From Bugula neritina (lineage: Eukaryota > Animalia > Bryozoa), in NCBI GenBank assembly GCA_964035545.1, contig OZ037773.1, forward strand, positions 2,137,751 through 2,201,750: a DNA stretch of 64,000 nt, given 5' to 3'. The notes beneath the pieces were generated by a model that ran no database searches, was not told the DNA's origin, and was given only the letters and a program-made list of their open reading frames with translations. Position 1 is the stretch's first letter. The number at the start of each line of letters is the position of its first letter. Shown here in pieces: positions 13,393-25,856 of this stretch. The position numbers and the translations under genes are program-made.

Positions 13393-16128
13393 TGATTACC
13401 TCTGATTACCTCTGATGAGGTAGAACGCTCTTGACCATCATATGACGTTAGTAGAGCGCCTCATGTGTGTGACAGTGAGTGCTCCGTTTTTTTTTTTTTT
13501 TTTTTTTTTAGTGCTTCCGCATTACCGCTGATATTATTCAATTTAGATAGTGATATTTAAAAGGAAAATTGATAGGTAAGCTAGGTAAATCCTCTCATGT
13601 CGCGTATCGTTCTTGGTAAGAAACTTTGGTGGTAACAGCTAGAGCGAGAAGAAATGGAGTTGGGTAAACCTTGGGCTGCTGATCTCGTAGTTACGGACAT
13701 GAGAGAGCGATTTTCCACAACCTCATCATAGTCTGATGCAAGTGTACTGTGTGTGGCTTCAGGCTGTAGAATACGTGTCAATAGTGTGAGTCTATGATTT
13801 TTACGCCTCGTTTGTAATGGTAGTAGACCCAGTTCGCATCGAGCGTCACTAACACTCTCTCGCCCCTTGAGACCTGATATGAACCTCACAGCACGATTCT
13901 GAACCATTTCTATATCATGTATGGTGGTTTTTAAATAAGGATCCCAGAGGGTATCTGCATACTCCAACAATGGACGGCAGAGGCTGGTGTAAGCCAAGAG
14001 TTTGCCATTTTTTGGAGCATCATGGAGAGCAAACTTTATTGCTCCTAGGACTCTGCTAGCTTTTTGTGATTTCAGCACAATGTGTTTGTCAAATTTAAGG
14101 TTACTCTGCATGGTCACACCGAGATACTTGGTCTCTTCAGTCCATTGGACAGGTGTACTCCCAAGCTTATAAGATGGAAGGCCTGTTTGGCGACCAAATG
14201 ATATAGCATGGCATTTACTTTCATTAAAAGGCATCTTCCACTGTTGGGACCAGTTATATACTGCATCGATATTGACCTGGAAGTCTGCAGCATCTGCTTC
14301 TGAGTTTACTCTTTGGTACAACAGGGTGTCATCTGCATAAAGACTGACACAACAATTGACACAACTTGGTAAATCGTTAATATAGACCAAGAATAGTGTG
14401 GGTCCTAGTACAGATCCTTGGGGGACGCCCGATGTTACTGGGAGCTCAGTTGAGCATGAGCCTTTGATTACAACTCTCTGTTTTCTGTTGGTGATGAAAT
14501 CTTGAATCCAATTTATAATCTGTGGGTTAACTTCTGGAATGCGACGTAGTTTCAGTAGTAGTAGGGAATGGGGGACTTTGTCAAATGCTTTTTTAAAGTC
14601 TAGAACAATTGCATGTGTGTCTTGTGATTGGTCGTGCGCTTTGGCAATGTCATGGTATGTTGAGCACAGCTGAGTATCGCATGACATTCCCTTCCGAAAA
14701 CCATGCTGCCTGTTGTGAAGTATATTGTCAAGGGTTGCATTCAGGTAGTGCAGGATTATGTGCTCAAGCATTTTGCACGGAATGCTTGTGAGAGAGATAG
14801 GCCTATAATTCTGTGGCGATTCCTTGCTTCCTCCTTTATGTATTGGGGTTACATTAGCAAGTTTCCACTCTCTTGGTAGTTTTCCAGATTTAAGTGAGGC
14901 ATGGTATATGTGCTGAAGACAAGTGGCATTTATTCCAGTATCAACTAATAGGTCTGGTTTTCTTATGCCGTCTGGCCCCGGTGATTTACCATTTGCCAAA
15001 CCTCTAATAAGTGACTCAAGCCCCTTGATGGATATGCATATGTTATGAGTATCACTGCTATAATTTGGATATTGTGACACCTGGTGATCTTGGCAGAACT
15101 GACTATAAAAATAACTGTTCAAGATTTCAGCGCATCTCAGTGAGTTGTCAGTTAGTTGATTACCTAGTATCAGGGTCAGTAAGAGACATAGAAATATTAT
15201 CTTGACCAGTTTTTTGCCTCAGGTGTTTGAAAAAAGGCTTGGAATTTCCCCTCTCTAATGGTTTACATACCTTCTCAACTACATAGTTCCTCTTCTTGTG
15301 ACGAAGCAATGTTTTGCAAGATTTTCGCTCTGTTTTATACTTCTCCAAGAAAAACACATCCCTTGTTTTTTTATACTTAAACCAAGTTTTTCTTTGCTTT
15401 TGAGCAAGCTTCTTTGCCTCCTTATCAAACCAAACAGGCCAGCGAGAGTTTTTTGATTTTAAAACTTTTGTAGGAATGTGATTTTTGCAAGCCTGCGCAA
15501 GACCTTCTCTAAAAAGGAGCCACATGTTGTCCGGGTCTGACATGTCCTCAAGTTTGTTACAGACAGTTTGCATACTGTCTCTGAAACCAGTTATATTTGC
15601 ATTTTTGTATAGTTTAATTGTTTTCGGTTGTGTTTTTAAGAGATTTGGTCTATGGCAGGTGAGCACTGCAGTGACGATGTAGTGATCACTGAGACCCGGA
15701 GATATTATATCAATATCTGTGACTAACGCTGTGTTATTGGTACAGATTAAATCCAGGATATTACCATGAATATGAGTGGGTTGCGTAACAAGTTGTTGCA
15801 TCCTGTTTTCAAATAACATGGTGAGAAAGTCCAAGTGTACAGACTTGAATTTTGCACCATATTTTAGTTTTCTGGTTTCCCAGTCTATTTCAGGGAGGTT
15901 AAAGTCACCAACAAGAATGATGGAATGATGATGGTATTTGTTGGTGATGTGTTCAATGACATTTCTCAAAGCTGCCATGTTTAGCATTGATATGTTTGGT
16001 CTATAGTAGCAGCATATTATAATGCTGTGTTTGATCTGTACTACAACCATTTCTTCGCCCAAAGTGTCGAGTTCAACTTTAGTTGGCTGAAGCGAATTCG
16101 CTGCTGCTATAAGGACCCCGCCACCATG
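13393..16128 (-). mobile_element. 5'-truncated non-LTR retrotransposon (APE endonuclease + RT; CR1/L2-group-like) with a single frameshift near 15160
   Basis: APE motifs GGGVL, YYRP, GDFN, NILDL, SDH (ORF 15160-16176); RT motifs YRPISLTS, QHGF, LDFKKAFD, PQGSVLGP, YADD, KYLG (ORF 13581-15122); 3' end in CAGAGGTAAT tandem repeats. Confidence 0.95.
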
Positions 16129-17523
16129 AATATTAACTTTAAGTTTACTCATAGTCATACTGATACTCATAGTCATTAGACTTAGTCATTAAGTTTAACT
16201 TCAACTTCGAGTGATAACAGTTTTATTTTACAGAAACTTATGAAATTAAAAAAGTTCTACAAACTCAAAGGCCATACAATTGACATTATTATACTTATAG
16301 TTATACTTATAGTTTAAGATATAACGTGACACTTAGTCTTACAGTTACACTGGCTATTGTAATACTAATTAGTAACTGTATTGACATTTTCATTGTGATT
16401 GTATTTGTTAAGCTGAATCATAATGTTATTCACTTATAGTTATACTTATTGTCATATCTAAATTTAGATTAGCATCATAATTATTATTTTATGATATTGA
16501 TAATCTTAATGGACATGGAATTCGTCATCGACATCAGACTCAGTCATGTCCTATTTAAATTGCGCATTCAATTGCAAAGGACAGAGTCGTATTCGTTGGC
16601 ATAGCTAGCTCAAGTGTTTGCGTAATGTCAGTTTTAATGGGTACGTAACATAGCTAACTTCAAATAATTTTTTAACTTTAAATTAGATCTGGAGCTTTAA
16701 TAATTAGTACTAGAAGCAATGCTAAGGCGGGGGTGAACAAGTACAAAATTTGTGTGGACATCATGTCTAAGCTTACAGTTTTTGATACCATATTCTACAC
16801 CTCAAGGCAATGCACTCAATGACCACCAACTCGATGCTGTTTCAACTAACTTTCAGTTGGTTCCTGTGATCCTATATTAATATTAGACAGAAGAAAATAA
16901 TCATTATCAATGTTATAGGGATAATCATAATTCTACAGCCTATAAGTATAAGCCTAAGGCTATATTGATATGAATATAATTCTAAGTATTACTGCAAGAT
17001 TAAGTATACTAATTATAATTATTAATGTTCACCTTTCTTAATTACTGTAAGTCTAACAGTATGAGTAACTCAGTAAGTGTAACTCTAACTGTACGTGTAA
17101 AGCTAAAACTAAAAGTAAAAGTCAAAAGACAAAAAAAATAAAATTAGATTTTAATTTTTAAAATTAAATATAAAAGATAAAAATTTAGATATGACAATAA
17201 GTATAACTATAAGTGAATAACATTATGATTCAGCTTAACAAATACAATCACAATGAAAATGTCAATACAGTTACTAATTAGTATTACAATAGCCAGTGTA
17301 ACTGTAAGACTAAGTGTCACGTTATATCTTAAACTATAAGTATAACTATAAGTATAATAATGTCAATTGTATGGCCTTTGAGTTTGTAGAACTTTTTTAA
17401 TTTCATAAGTTTCTGTAAAATAAAACTGTTATCACTCGAAGTTGAAGTTAAACTTAATGACTAAGTCTAATGACTATGAGTATGAGTATCAGTATGACTA
17501 TGAGTAAACTTAAAGTTAATATT
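16129..17523. repeat. Near-perfect long inverted repeat: arms 16129-16465 and 17181-17523, 715-bp spacer
   Basis: Arms are reverse complements over 337 bp; the only difference I found is one extra TATGAG in the right arm. Confidence 0.95.
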
Positions 17524-18029
17524 TTAGTTTTATCTTATACTCATACTGGTGCTAATACAAAATCCTAGTCTGATCAGTCATCAGCAACTATGTTTGAAAC
17601 TGCTATTGCTAAGATAATGAGTTTACTTTTGATATTGATCTCAAGTGTATTGAAATTTATTTTTGCCATATATTATTATTATTATTGTTGTTGTGTTGCT
17701 GATTTAATGGAACTGTTTGATGATTCTTGCCTGTAAAGTTGAGCTTAACAGTGCGTGAACTCTGTTATCAAAAATATTGAAAACCACTTGTGTAGACTTA
17801 TTTTGGCATCAAAAACCCCAATGTACTCAATTTATTTTACATAGAAGTAAGCTGGTTATATTGCTACTGTATTGAAATTAAAAATTATGTTGAGTGGCAC
17901 AAATATAATTAAGCCAAAACATCTTCATTGTTGTAAATGTGTTTCCTGTTACTTTTAACAACTTTTTTATACAGTGACTAAAAGTATTGAGCTGAGTATC
18001 AGTCTATTCTGATTGATGAGAGAATTGAT

Positions 18030-21000
18030 ATGGATGCTATTTACCATGAAAAGGTTAGGACTGACCCATACAAGCATAATCACAAGTAGACAAATTTTTG
18101 TCAAATAAATTGTTGTTCCTAATGTTTAATAAGGGTTGATTTCTTTTGATCTAAGTTGAAAATTTTACAAAGAGTGAAGTTTAAAATAATGAAAATAACA
18201 CATTATTTATTATTTGTTTTGTGCAACTATATAACATGAGTTTAGCTGCGTTTTCGGCTTTATTTGTTTTTTTTTCAAACTCAAATAATTTTGCATGTCA
18301 CAGCCATGATGAGATTTTTAGGAGCTTTTTCACAATGAATCACATCCGCATAGATTATCGAGATTCTTGTCATCAATGAGTCTATGTATATCTTTTAAAT
18401 TATACATCTAAAAATTAAGTATGAAACACCTGTGCAAGACTGTAATACCTAACAAGGAATGTAGTTGTTTATAGTAAATAGGAGTAGCCGTGGCTAATGA
18501 TTAAAGCATAAGCTTGGTAAAGTTTTAATTTTGAATTCAATGGCTTTTTTGGTGATGTCAAGAAAGGATTTTTCATATAATTGCTTTTTTACTTCTAACC
18601 TAAGGTATCAAACCAAGTTTCCAGCATATTGAAGGGCAGTTTCTAGCCCACCCAATGCTGTTAGGAGTTCTCATGGAGATGGAGGCTATGAACAAGCGCT
18701 AGTTTTATTTTTTATAGTAAGTATTAGTTATCCATTCATGTTTCGACACATTGTGTAATATTTCTCTAGCAAGATGGTCTGCTTTGTGCCCAGCACTGTT
18801 TAAACAACCTCCTCCAAGACTCCTACTACACAGCCGTAGATCTGGCAACTATTGGCAGAGAGCTGGACAATATGGAGACAACCTGTATGGCTGCAGCGGG
18901 TTTCGATACTCCTGAATTCCAGCAGTTCATCAATGTAAGGTTTTTGTAGATACAAATATAACTTGATTTAGCTGTGGACCAATCAGAGCTGTTTGATTGT
19001 TGAATAGTCTATAAACGTCTGATGAGTGATGCAAATAGTAGCATTGTAATAGCTGGTGCAGAGCACTGTAAGGTGATGACCTGCTTGTATTCTTTTTAAA
19101 TAAATCCTAATGGAGTTCTATACATTGCATGACTACTATTCAATAAATGAACTCTTTCCATCTGATGTAACAGCTCTCAATTTGTTTTCTTGAAAGGGAA
19201 CCAGTTGAATTCGAAAATTTCTTTCAATAGAATATCAAGAGTTATCTTGTCTTTGAAGTCACTATTAAATAAAAATGCCTTTAAGGTTAATATAAAGGAT
19301 CTGGCGTGATTAGGCAAATATTGCAAATTAAAAATATGTAGACTAAATTATACAGCAGTATTTTAGTTTCATTCACCGCTAGATACAATTTGAATTACAG
19401 AAACCATCTGAAAACATGGATGACAGTGGCATGTTTTCTGTACAAGTTCTGCAGAAGGCACTCGAACAGTTCAGCCTCTCTCTGGTTAACATTGAGAGTG
19501 ATGAAGAGTGTAGTCGTGAAGCTAAGTCACACCCAGAGTGAGTTTTCAATCAAAGTTCACAATTTATAGATTGTGATTGAATCTGGTTTTGTGTTCTTGA
19601 TTGTAGCGAGGTACATGGGATTCATGCAAAAGGAAGGGAGAAATAAAGTGTAAATGTTATATTGTATAACCTTAATAAAGCGGTTGATTCCTGATAATAA
19701 TTGTTAAGTACACCTGATTAAGATAATTTAAAATGAGCATATCTAATATATTCTAAAGAAGTAGGCATAGTATGAGAAATGGGAGGAGGTGTTTTTCTAG
19801 TATGAAATTATGTGTAATACACTTGGGTAAAATTCCACAAGGCCAATCATGGTATGAAGATTGGCAGTCAATAGCCTGTAAAACAATATAATAATAATTA
19901 CTTACAAAGTTAATGGAGAACCAAATGTGATTGTTTAGCTGATATTTTTGGTTTACCAAATAAGTTTTATTCAATCTGATTGAATTTCACGTGTTGGTGT
20001 TTTGAAGGAGGTTCTTGGCATTTATTTGCAACTTTGAAGCTCATTGGTTGGCGGTGAGAAAATTTGGTCACCAATGGTTCAATCTCAACTCCATGTTATC
20101 TGCACCTGAACTTATTTCTGACCTTCACCTTAGTATGTACCTCACACAGTTATCAATGGAGGGTAAGTTTTATATACACCTTTCTTCTGCAAAACTCTAC
20201 CTCTGTTGTTTTTATTTGCTAGAAAGTTTAAAACTCATTTATTCAAACTGACGATGTTTTGTACACTATAGAGTATAACTGGTAGCAGATACCAGCTAGC
20301 AGCAGGTGCTAGCTAGTAGCTAATTGCTATTGCTTTATTGTGTTTGCCATAGCCTCTGCTCTAAACAGTCTTACTATTTTTAGGTTATACTATTTTCCTG
20401 GTATTAGGCACATTACCTGACTGCGAAGCCAATCAAATCCTTTCTCTTATGAGAATAACTCAAGCCAGCAAACCTTCCTTACTACCAGAATATAGTCAAT
20501 GTGAGTCATTGTGCTACATTGTATCTAGAGAGGTGACAGCAGAATGTCTAGCTTGTGTTAGTTGCGGAGAGATTATGTCACTAGCCTTATTTCTTCTTTC
20601 TGCACCTTCTGTACCAGACTCAATGCTGTTGTTTATACTCTTCATAAACCAACTTATTTACCCGTTCATAAGTGTATGGCAGACATTAATTTCACTTTTT
20701 AGTTAATACTGAGTTGTTACAAGTTGTCTTCTCTCTTGTTCTCGTGTTTGTTAGATATACTACTTATATTGTGGTAAGCAGTATATCTAGCAGAGAACTG
20801 GCTCACCCATAACTGCCAAATATACTTCTAGCATCAGACGCTCCACCATCCAATGAGGATGAGGACAATGAGTTACAGACAGCTATAGCCCTAAGTCTAA
20901 CTGCCACAATAGCTGAATCTCAGTCTACAGGTAGCTTTCAGAGTACTTACTAGATGCGTGCTTTGTGTAGCCTTAGCTTTTGTGGCGTGTTAGCGTCTGG

Positions 21001-21490
21001 GCCTGTGATGTAGATGTAGAGCTGCCCAGATACCGGGTGTTGTCTTTCAATTGTATTCTAATTTTGGTAGAGCTAATAGCATTCAAATAAATCACCACAA
21101 TACCTATTTGGTCTCTAATCTATAAACTGTTAGCAGCTAAAGCTTGAAACCTCCCAACTTTTTATGGTTTACCTGTTGGGAAGAATACAAATAAATCAGC
21201 TGTCTTAATTTAAGTATTTCTTTCCTCACCTTGTAGGCTGAAGTCCTGCACTGGTAGCCGTTTGCTTTGAACGTGTCATTGTATATTTGTTACTGTTAAA
21301 ATCTGCAGTCCAATAATGAGCTTTATGGTAATTAGATAGAGTCTACTGTAATAGTTTGTATTAGTTTAGAGTATGTCATGGATAACTTGTGCTGCACGGT
21401 TACGTTATGTTGCTGTGTTATTTAGAAACAACTACCCAACCACAGACGGCAGAGTTTATTCAAGAACAAAGGCTGAAGAGATTTGAGTAA
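18030..21490 (+). CDS. ATXN3: Ataxin-3 (Josephin-domain deubiquitinase), 7 exons
   Basis: MDAIYHEK|QDGLLCAQHCLNNLLQ; SENMDDSGMFSVQVL; AFICNFEAHWLAVRKFGHQWFNLNS; GYTIFLVLGTLPDCEANQ; UIM DEDNELQTAIALSL; stop at 21488-21490. Confidence 0.95.
18479..18600 (+). mobile_element. Heavily decayed copy of the tRNA-derived SINE
   Basis: GGAGTAGCCGTGGCTAATGATTAAAGC head plus TTGGTGATGTCAAGAAAGGAT...ATAATTGCT, aligning by eye with the copies at 53119 and 56530. Confidence 0.5.
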
Positions 21491-23445
21491 ACCAGTAACC
21501 AATGCAATAACTCTTAGGTATTTGTAAATAATGAATCAAATGTTTATTTTTTTAGGATGTTTTGTTTATTGGAATTGTTTCAATGTGAATATTTTCTGCA
21601 TTCTTCATCATTTGAATTGAGTTTTTTATCTTTCTATTAGTAAGATAATTTGGGCTCTCAAATTTTTGTTTGTAGATGAATGACTTGACACTTCTGTTTT
21701 GCAAACTGTATTGCTTTTTGTAAAATAATTTTGTTGTTGCAGTGATACAGTTACTAAATAAAACACTTTTATAGAGGCAGTAGTAGACTTTGTTCTCAAT
21801 TCTTATGTTCATGTAATAGACATAGCAAGTAAAATTATAGTAGGCCTCTGTCAGTCAGTCCGACCATAGATGACACATGCTATAAGAAAGGTTCCGGCGT
21901 TTGCCTGGGCAATGACATATGGAAGACAGGCTGTTGCTTATGCGCCTTGTTCAATGACAAATCCAAAGGAACAGCACGGCTGTTACAGTTTGGCACTGAC
22001 GCCGAAGCTGTTGGAGCGAGGTTTTTAACAATGACAAACTGCCTTAGGGGCTCCAACTCTAGATTTTTCCTTGATGTTTACTTCACAACCTTTTCCCATG
22101 GCCGGGTATTGCCGCAAGGCAGCGGAGGTTTAGGATAAGAGTTTTCTTTCTTCTAGATGAGCTGTCTTCCTGCAGACTAACGAGCCCCATCTGCCCAAAT
22201 ATGTAGGTGTTGGTGTATAATAAATTTGCTAGCATTTTTAAAGATAGTGGACAGCGCTACTTTCTTACTTACAATGCTGCTGCTGCTGTCATTTTTGACT
22301 AGTATGATATTATGCTGTAACGAAAGCAAGCTCTCTTAACTACAGGGAGTTGTGCTTTCATATGTAAATGAGAGACAAACTCTAATAAAAAATTTGCTAC
22401 TGAGCAATAACATAAATTGTGTTTTGGCCGAAGGTCACGTTGGTTTTGATTTGTCAATCTCGTGCGTTTCTAATTATCGCCTCTCGTGCTAAAGAGCCAG
22501 TGTTGTCAAGTTCATGATTATTAAAAATCAATAACAAACTAGTACTACTAGTATAGCATAAAATAATAGTAATAGTAAGTGTAGCGTAATAAGAGTAGTT
22601 ATCATGCGAAAGGTTACTGACATGTCTATATTTTTAAATAAGATTTTGCCTCACATCACTTTATGGGCTATTTGTTTTATGGACACCTAATTGTTACAAT
22701 TGGAATTGGCGTTGTACTTGTTATTAACATTTTGAGACTGCGAGTTCCAAGTGTCTGTGTTAGACTCAGAGTTAGTGTGAGTGCTATTGCCTCATAGTAT
22801 TACTTTTAGTATTACAAATACATTTGTTCACTATCAGCATTACTTTTATTATTTATATTACCCAGTTAGTATTAGTATTGCTCTTGGTATTGGAATTGGT
22901 AATTGTAAAGAAGTATTCGTGAAACCAAGGTAAAACCTCAAAATCTGAATCTCAACTGAGTCAACACTGTAACTAAAAGTAAATAATTTAGCTTCAAGTG
23001 CTAGTAGTACTAAGTCTAATAGTAATTCTAAGTGAGATTCGTAAAAGATTGTTTTACCATTAGAACTAGTCATAGTTATAGTGTCAATGCTGGATATATT
23101 GTTTTATTACTGAAATCAATTACTTCTTCTTTAGAATTTGTGTAAATTAGATTTGAAGTACTACTATTATTTTTTATTTTTAATATCATAAACATTTAGT
23201 TTTATTATACGAATTATTATCTTATTTAGTATCAATAAGTATATGCTTAGAGCTATAGATAATAGTGTCATAACCTTTAAACAGTATTGACGTAAATGTA
23301 AAATTATATACCGATGCTTATCAGGTTTAAGACAGAAAAATTTACAACGACAAAGTCAAGTGTTTTTCAACTTAAGCGCTAAATTGAGCGTAAAGACTTA
23401 GACTGGATCAATAACTATAAGTACCATCACCACGTTAACTTTATA

Positions 23446-24932
23446 ATGAGCTTAAAATGCTATATGAAAATTGTGGACACTAGAAAAGAACCTTCTACTA
23501 GTTTTTCTAATTCTAATTCTACCTATGTCTCTGCTGGAACTCATGCTGATGTTGAGCAGCAGCCGTCAACTTTAACGGTTACTGATAAACATATGCATTG
23601 TGAAAATTTTGAGATGAGAAACTATGGGCAAGACTTGGTGTCAATTTTGCCTAATTTAAACTTTGGAAAGCGTGATCAAAGTATTAAACCCAAGATTAAA
23701 CACATGCAATCTCATAAAGATCAAAATGGAGATACTGCTAAGCTTGATGTGGACTTCAGTACTACACTTTCTCTTAATCCGGGCTTTAATAATGATGAGA
23801 CAAATTCAAATTTGGTTCAGCAATCCAAATCTGGCTCTGGAAATGAAGATGCACGCAAAATTTATCCAGGAAATCAGTATGAGCCAAAAACGAAATTACA
23901 GGTACTTGGTGCAAATGAGTTGACACCAGAAATTCCAGATATAGGAAATGATATGAAGCTGGACCTAGAAGTATTATCTCAAACTGACGAAAATTTTCAT
24001 GATGAGAGTCAACCTTCAATCATTTGCATAAATATACTTTCTGAGAGTAGTGTACCCGGAGACTGCAACAATCTGAACAGTCTTTCTTTGCATACTGATA
24101 CAACTAAACCAGATTTATTGCAACAGATTCGAAGTCAGATATCAATAAGCAGACTTACCTACCCTCCAATGGACAGTAACTCTGTTTTGAAGATTAGAAA
24201 TGAGCGTGGCAGTTTTGTCCCACTTAGCTTAACTACAATGAAAAATTATGGACGTTCTGCAAGGCATCCATTAATTGTTGAAATATGTAGTAGACATACA
24301 CCAGACCACTCAATTAGCTCAATCGATTCAACTAGTAACAGTGTTTTTCAGTTGTCGAAAGGGACAGCTTCTCGAAAATCGTACGCAGCTAATAAGGTGT
24401 GTAGAGAATGGAATGAAAGACTCGGCAGGCTAGAAATGGCTGCTTCTACACTTCCAAGGAGTCGAAGTTTGTTTCTTGAGGTAAATACCCCCTGTAAACT
24501 CTCTTGGTTGCTTCTAAACAATCTCTTATGTTTATTTAAAGCAAACCAGGTGGTTTCTTTTAGCGTGAAGTTGTTGAAAACAAAAAGCTTGGCAATAAGG
24601 CATCACTTTTCGAAGCACCAGCTTTTTAAGCTATTCTCCTCCACAATGCTATCATAGCATAGTGGACATCAGCCACTTTGCATTAATTAACAAACTGGTG
24701 CTGCAGAATTTCAAATCCTACTATTAGTGTCTTTTTTATCATAAAGCATAGGAGTAAAGATAGTGTCAGTTAAAACATTTTTTGACTGCAGTATTATTTT
24801 TTACTTCCTATAGTGTGTTTGTAGCAAGAGTTAAAGAAGTTAGCCAAGAGGGTCGATGCCCTTCACGAGTTGATTGGAAATGTTTCTCGTAGTGAGTGGG
24901 AAGGAAGCATTAGAAAAAACCCATTGTGGTAA
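23446..24932 (+). CDS. Uncharacterised protein: large low-complexity exon 23446-24480 plus terminal exon ~24824-24932
   Basis: ORF of more than 1 kb in AT-rich DNA; donor GAG|GTAAAT at 24480/1 and acceptor TTGTAG|CAA keep frame, giving a helical-looking C-terminus (REWNERLGRLE...LFLEQELKKLAKRVDALHELIG). Confidence 0.6.
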
Positions 24933-25856
24933 TCTCGCACACAGCTGATTGACAGACAGTTGACATAACGTATTTATTGTGCTGTTATAGTAGTCATCAG
25001 TCTACTTGAATGGTCTTCCCCATTGTGTTAGTTTATTTTGGTTATATTTGTATTATATTCTGCTGTGATGTTTAAAATTTATTTTTCTACTCCATCTTTC
25101 TTTTGTTTTTTTTTTTAGAAAATTTGTGCCCTCAAATAGATACCTTCAAGAGATGTATTTTATGCAAAATATCTTTTTTTGAATTAGTAACCAATTTATT
25201 TTAAGAGATCTATTGTTGGTGCGTAATTAAATAAATCCCTGATATTATAGAAATGACTCCAACATACAGCAGATGTTCAATATTTTTAATTTTTGCTAAA
25301 AGAATTATGTTTGCAAAGTCTGAAAACAGTAAGCATGCAGTACCAATAAAAATAAATCATAAATGGACGGAAAAGAAATAAAAATGATGTTTTTCGAAGT
25401 GAAACAGCTCATATAGCATTTTCATTATATACTGATTAGCTACTCTATACGTAGACAATTATGTAATGATGACGGTTCAGTAAATGACACAATATTGTGC
25501 CTGGTTGATTAAAAATACAATAGTTTAAAAATTAACATTACTTTTTATAATGGATAACAGAACTAGACATGTCTAGCAGGTACTAATTAATTTAGCCAGT
25601 AAAAATTTGACACAAGTTGACACTTGCTGAGTAAAAATAATATAGTACCACACTTGTCAAAGTTGAAGAACCAATCAGTAAATTTCCATGCATCACTTCA
25701 ATCACAATATAATTAGTATGTTCAATGCTCCGCAATAGCCCCAGGCTTCTAGCTAAATTGATTTCTTTTCAGAAGAAATATAGTTGGCATTCATTAATGT
25801 ATCCATTTTCATTTTAACTGGTTTGAATGAAGTGAGTAATCAATCAATGGGATCAG

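Noticed and set aside
13412-13464. CTGATGAG (+) as a hammerhead ribozyme core, and ATGA-N11-AA hairpin (-) as a SECIS element
   Set aside because: No GAAA follows a stem II; the 3' GA of the SECIS quartet is missing and the homologous LINE at 39.3 kb lacks the AA. Better explained as the LINE 3' stem-loop.
16129-16176. MTMSISMTMSKLKVNI as the N-terminus of the LINE ORF
   Set aside because: This stretch is the inverted host duplication read through by chance; the LINE is truncated at 16128.
13376-16488. Degenerate 21-bp TSD for the LINE (ATTATCATCATGATTATGATT vs ATTAGCATCATAATTATTATT)
   Set aside because: Three mismatches in low-complexity sequence, inconsistent with the youth of the insertion.
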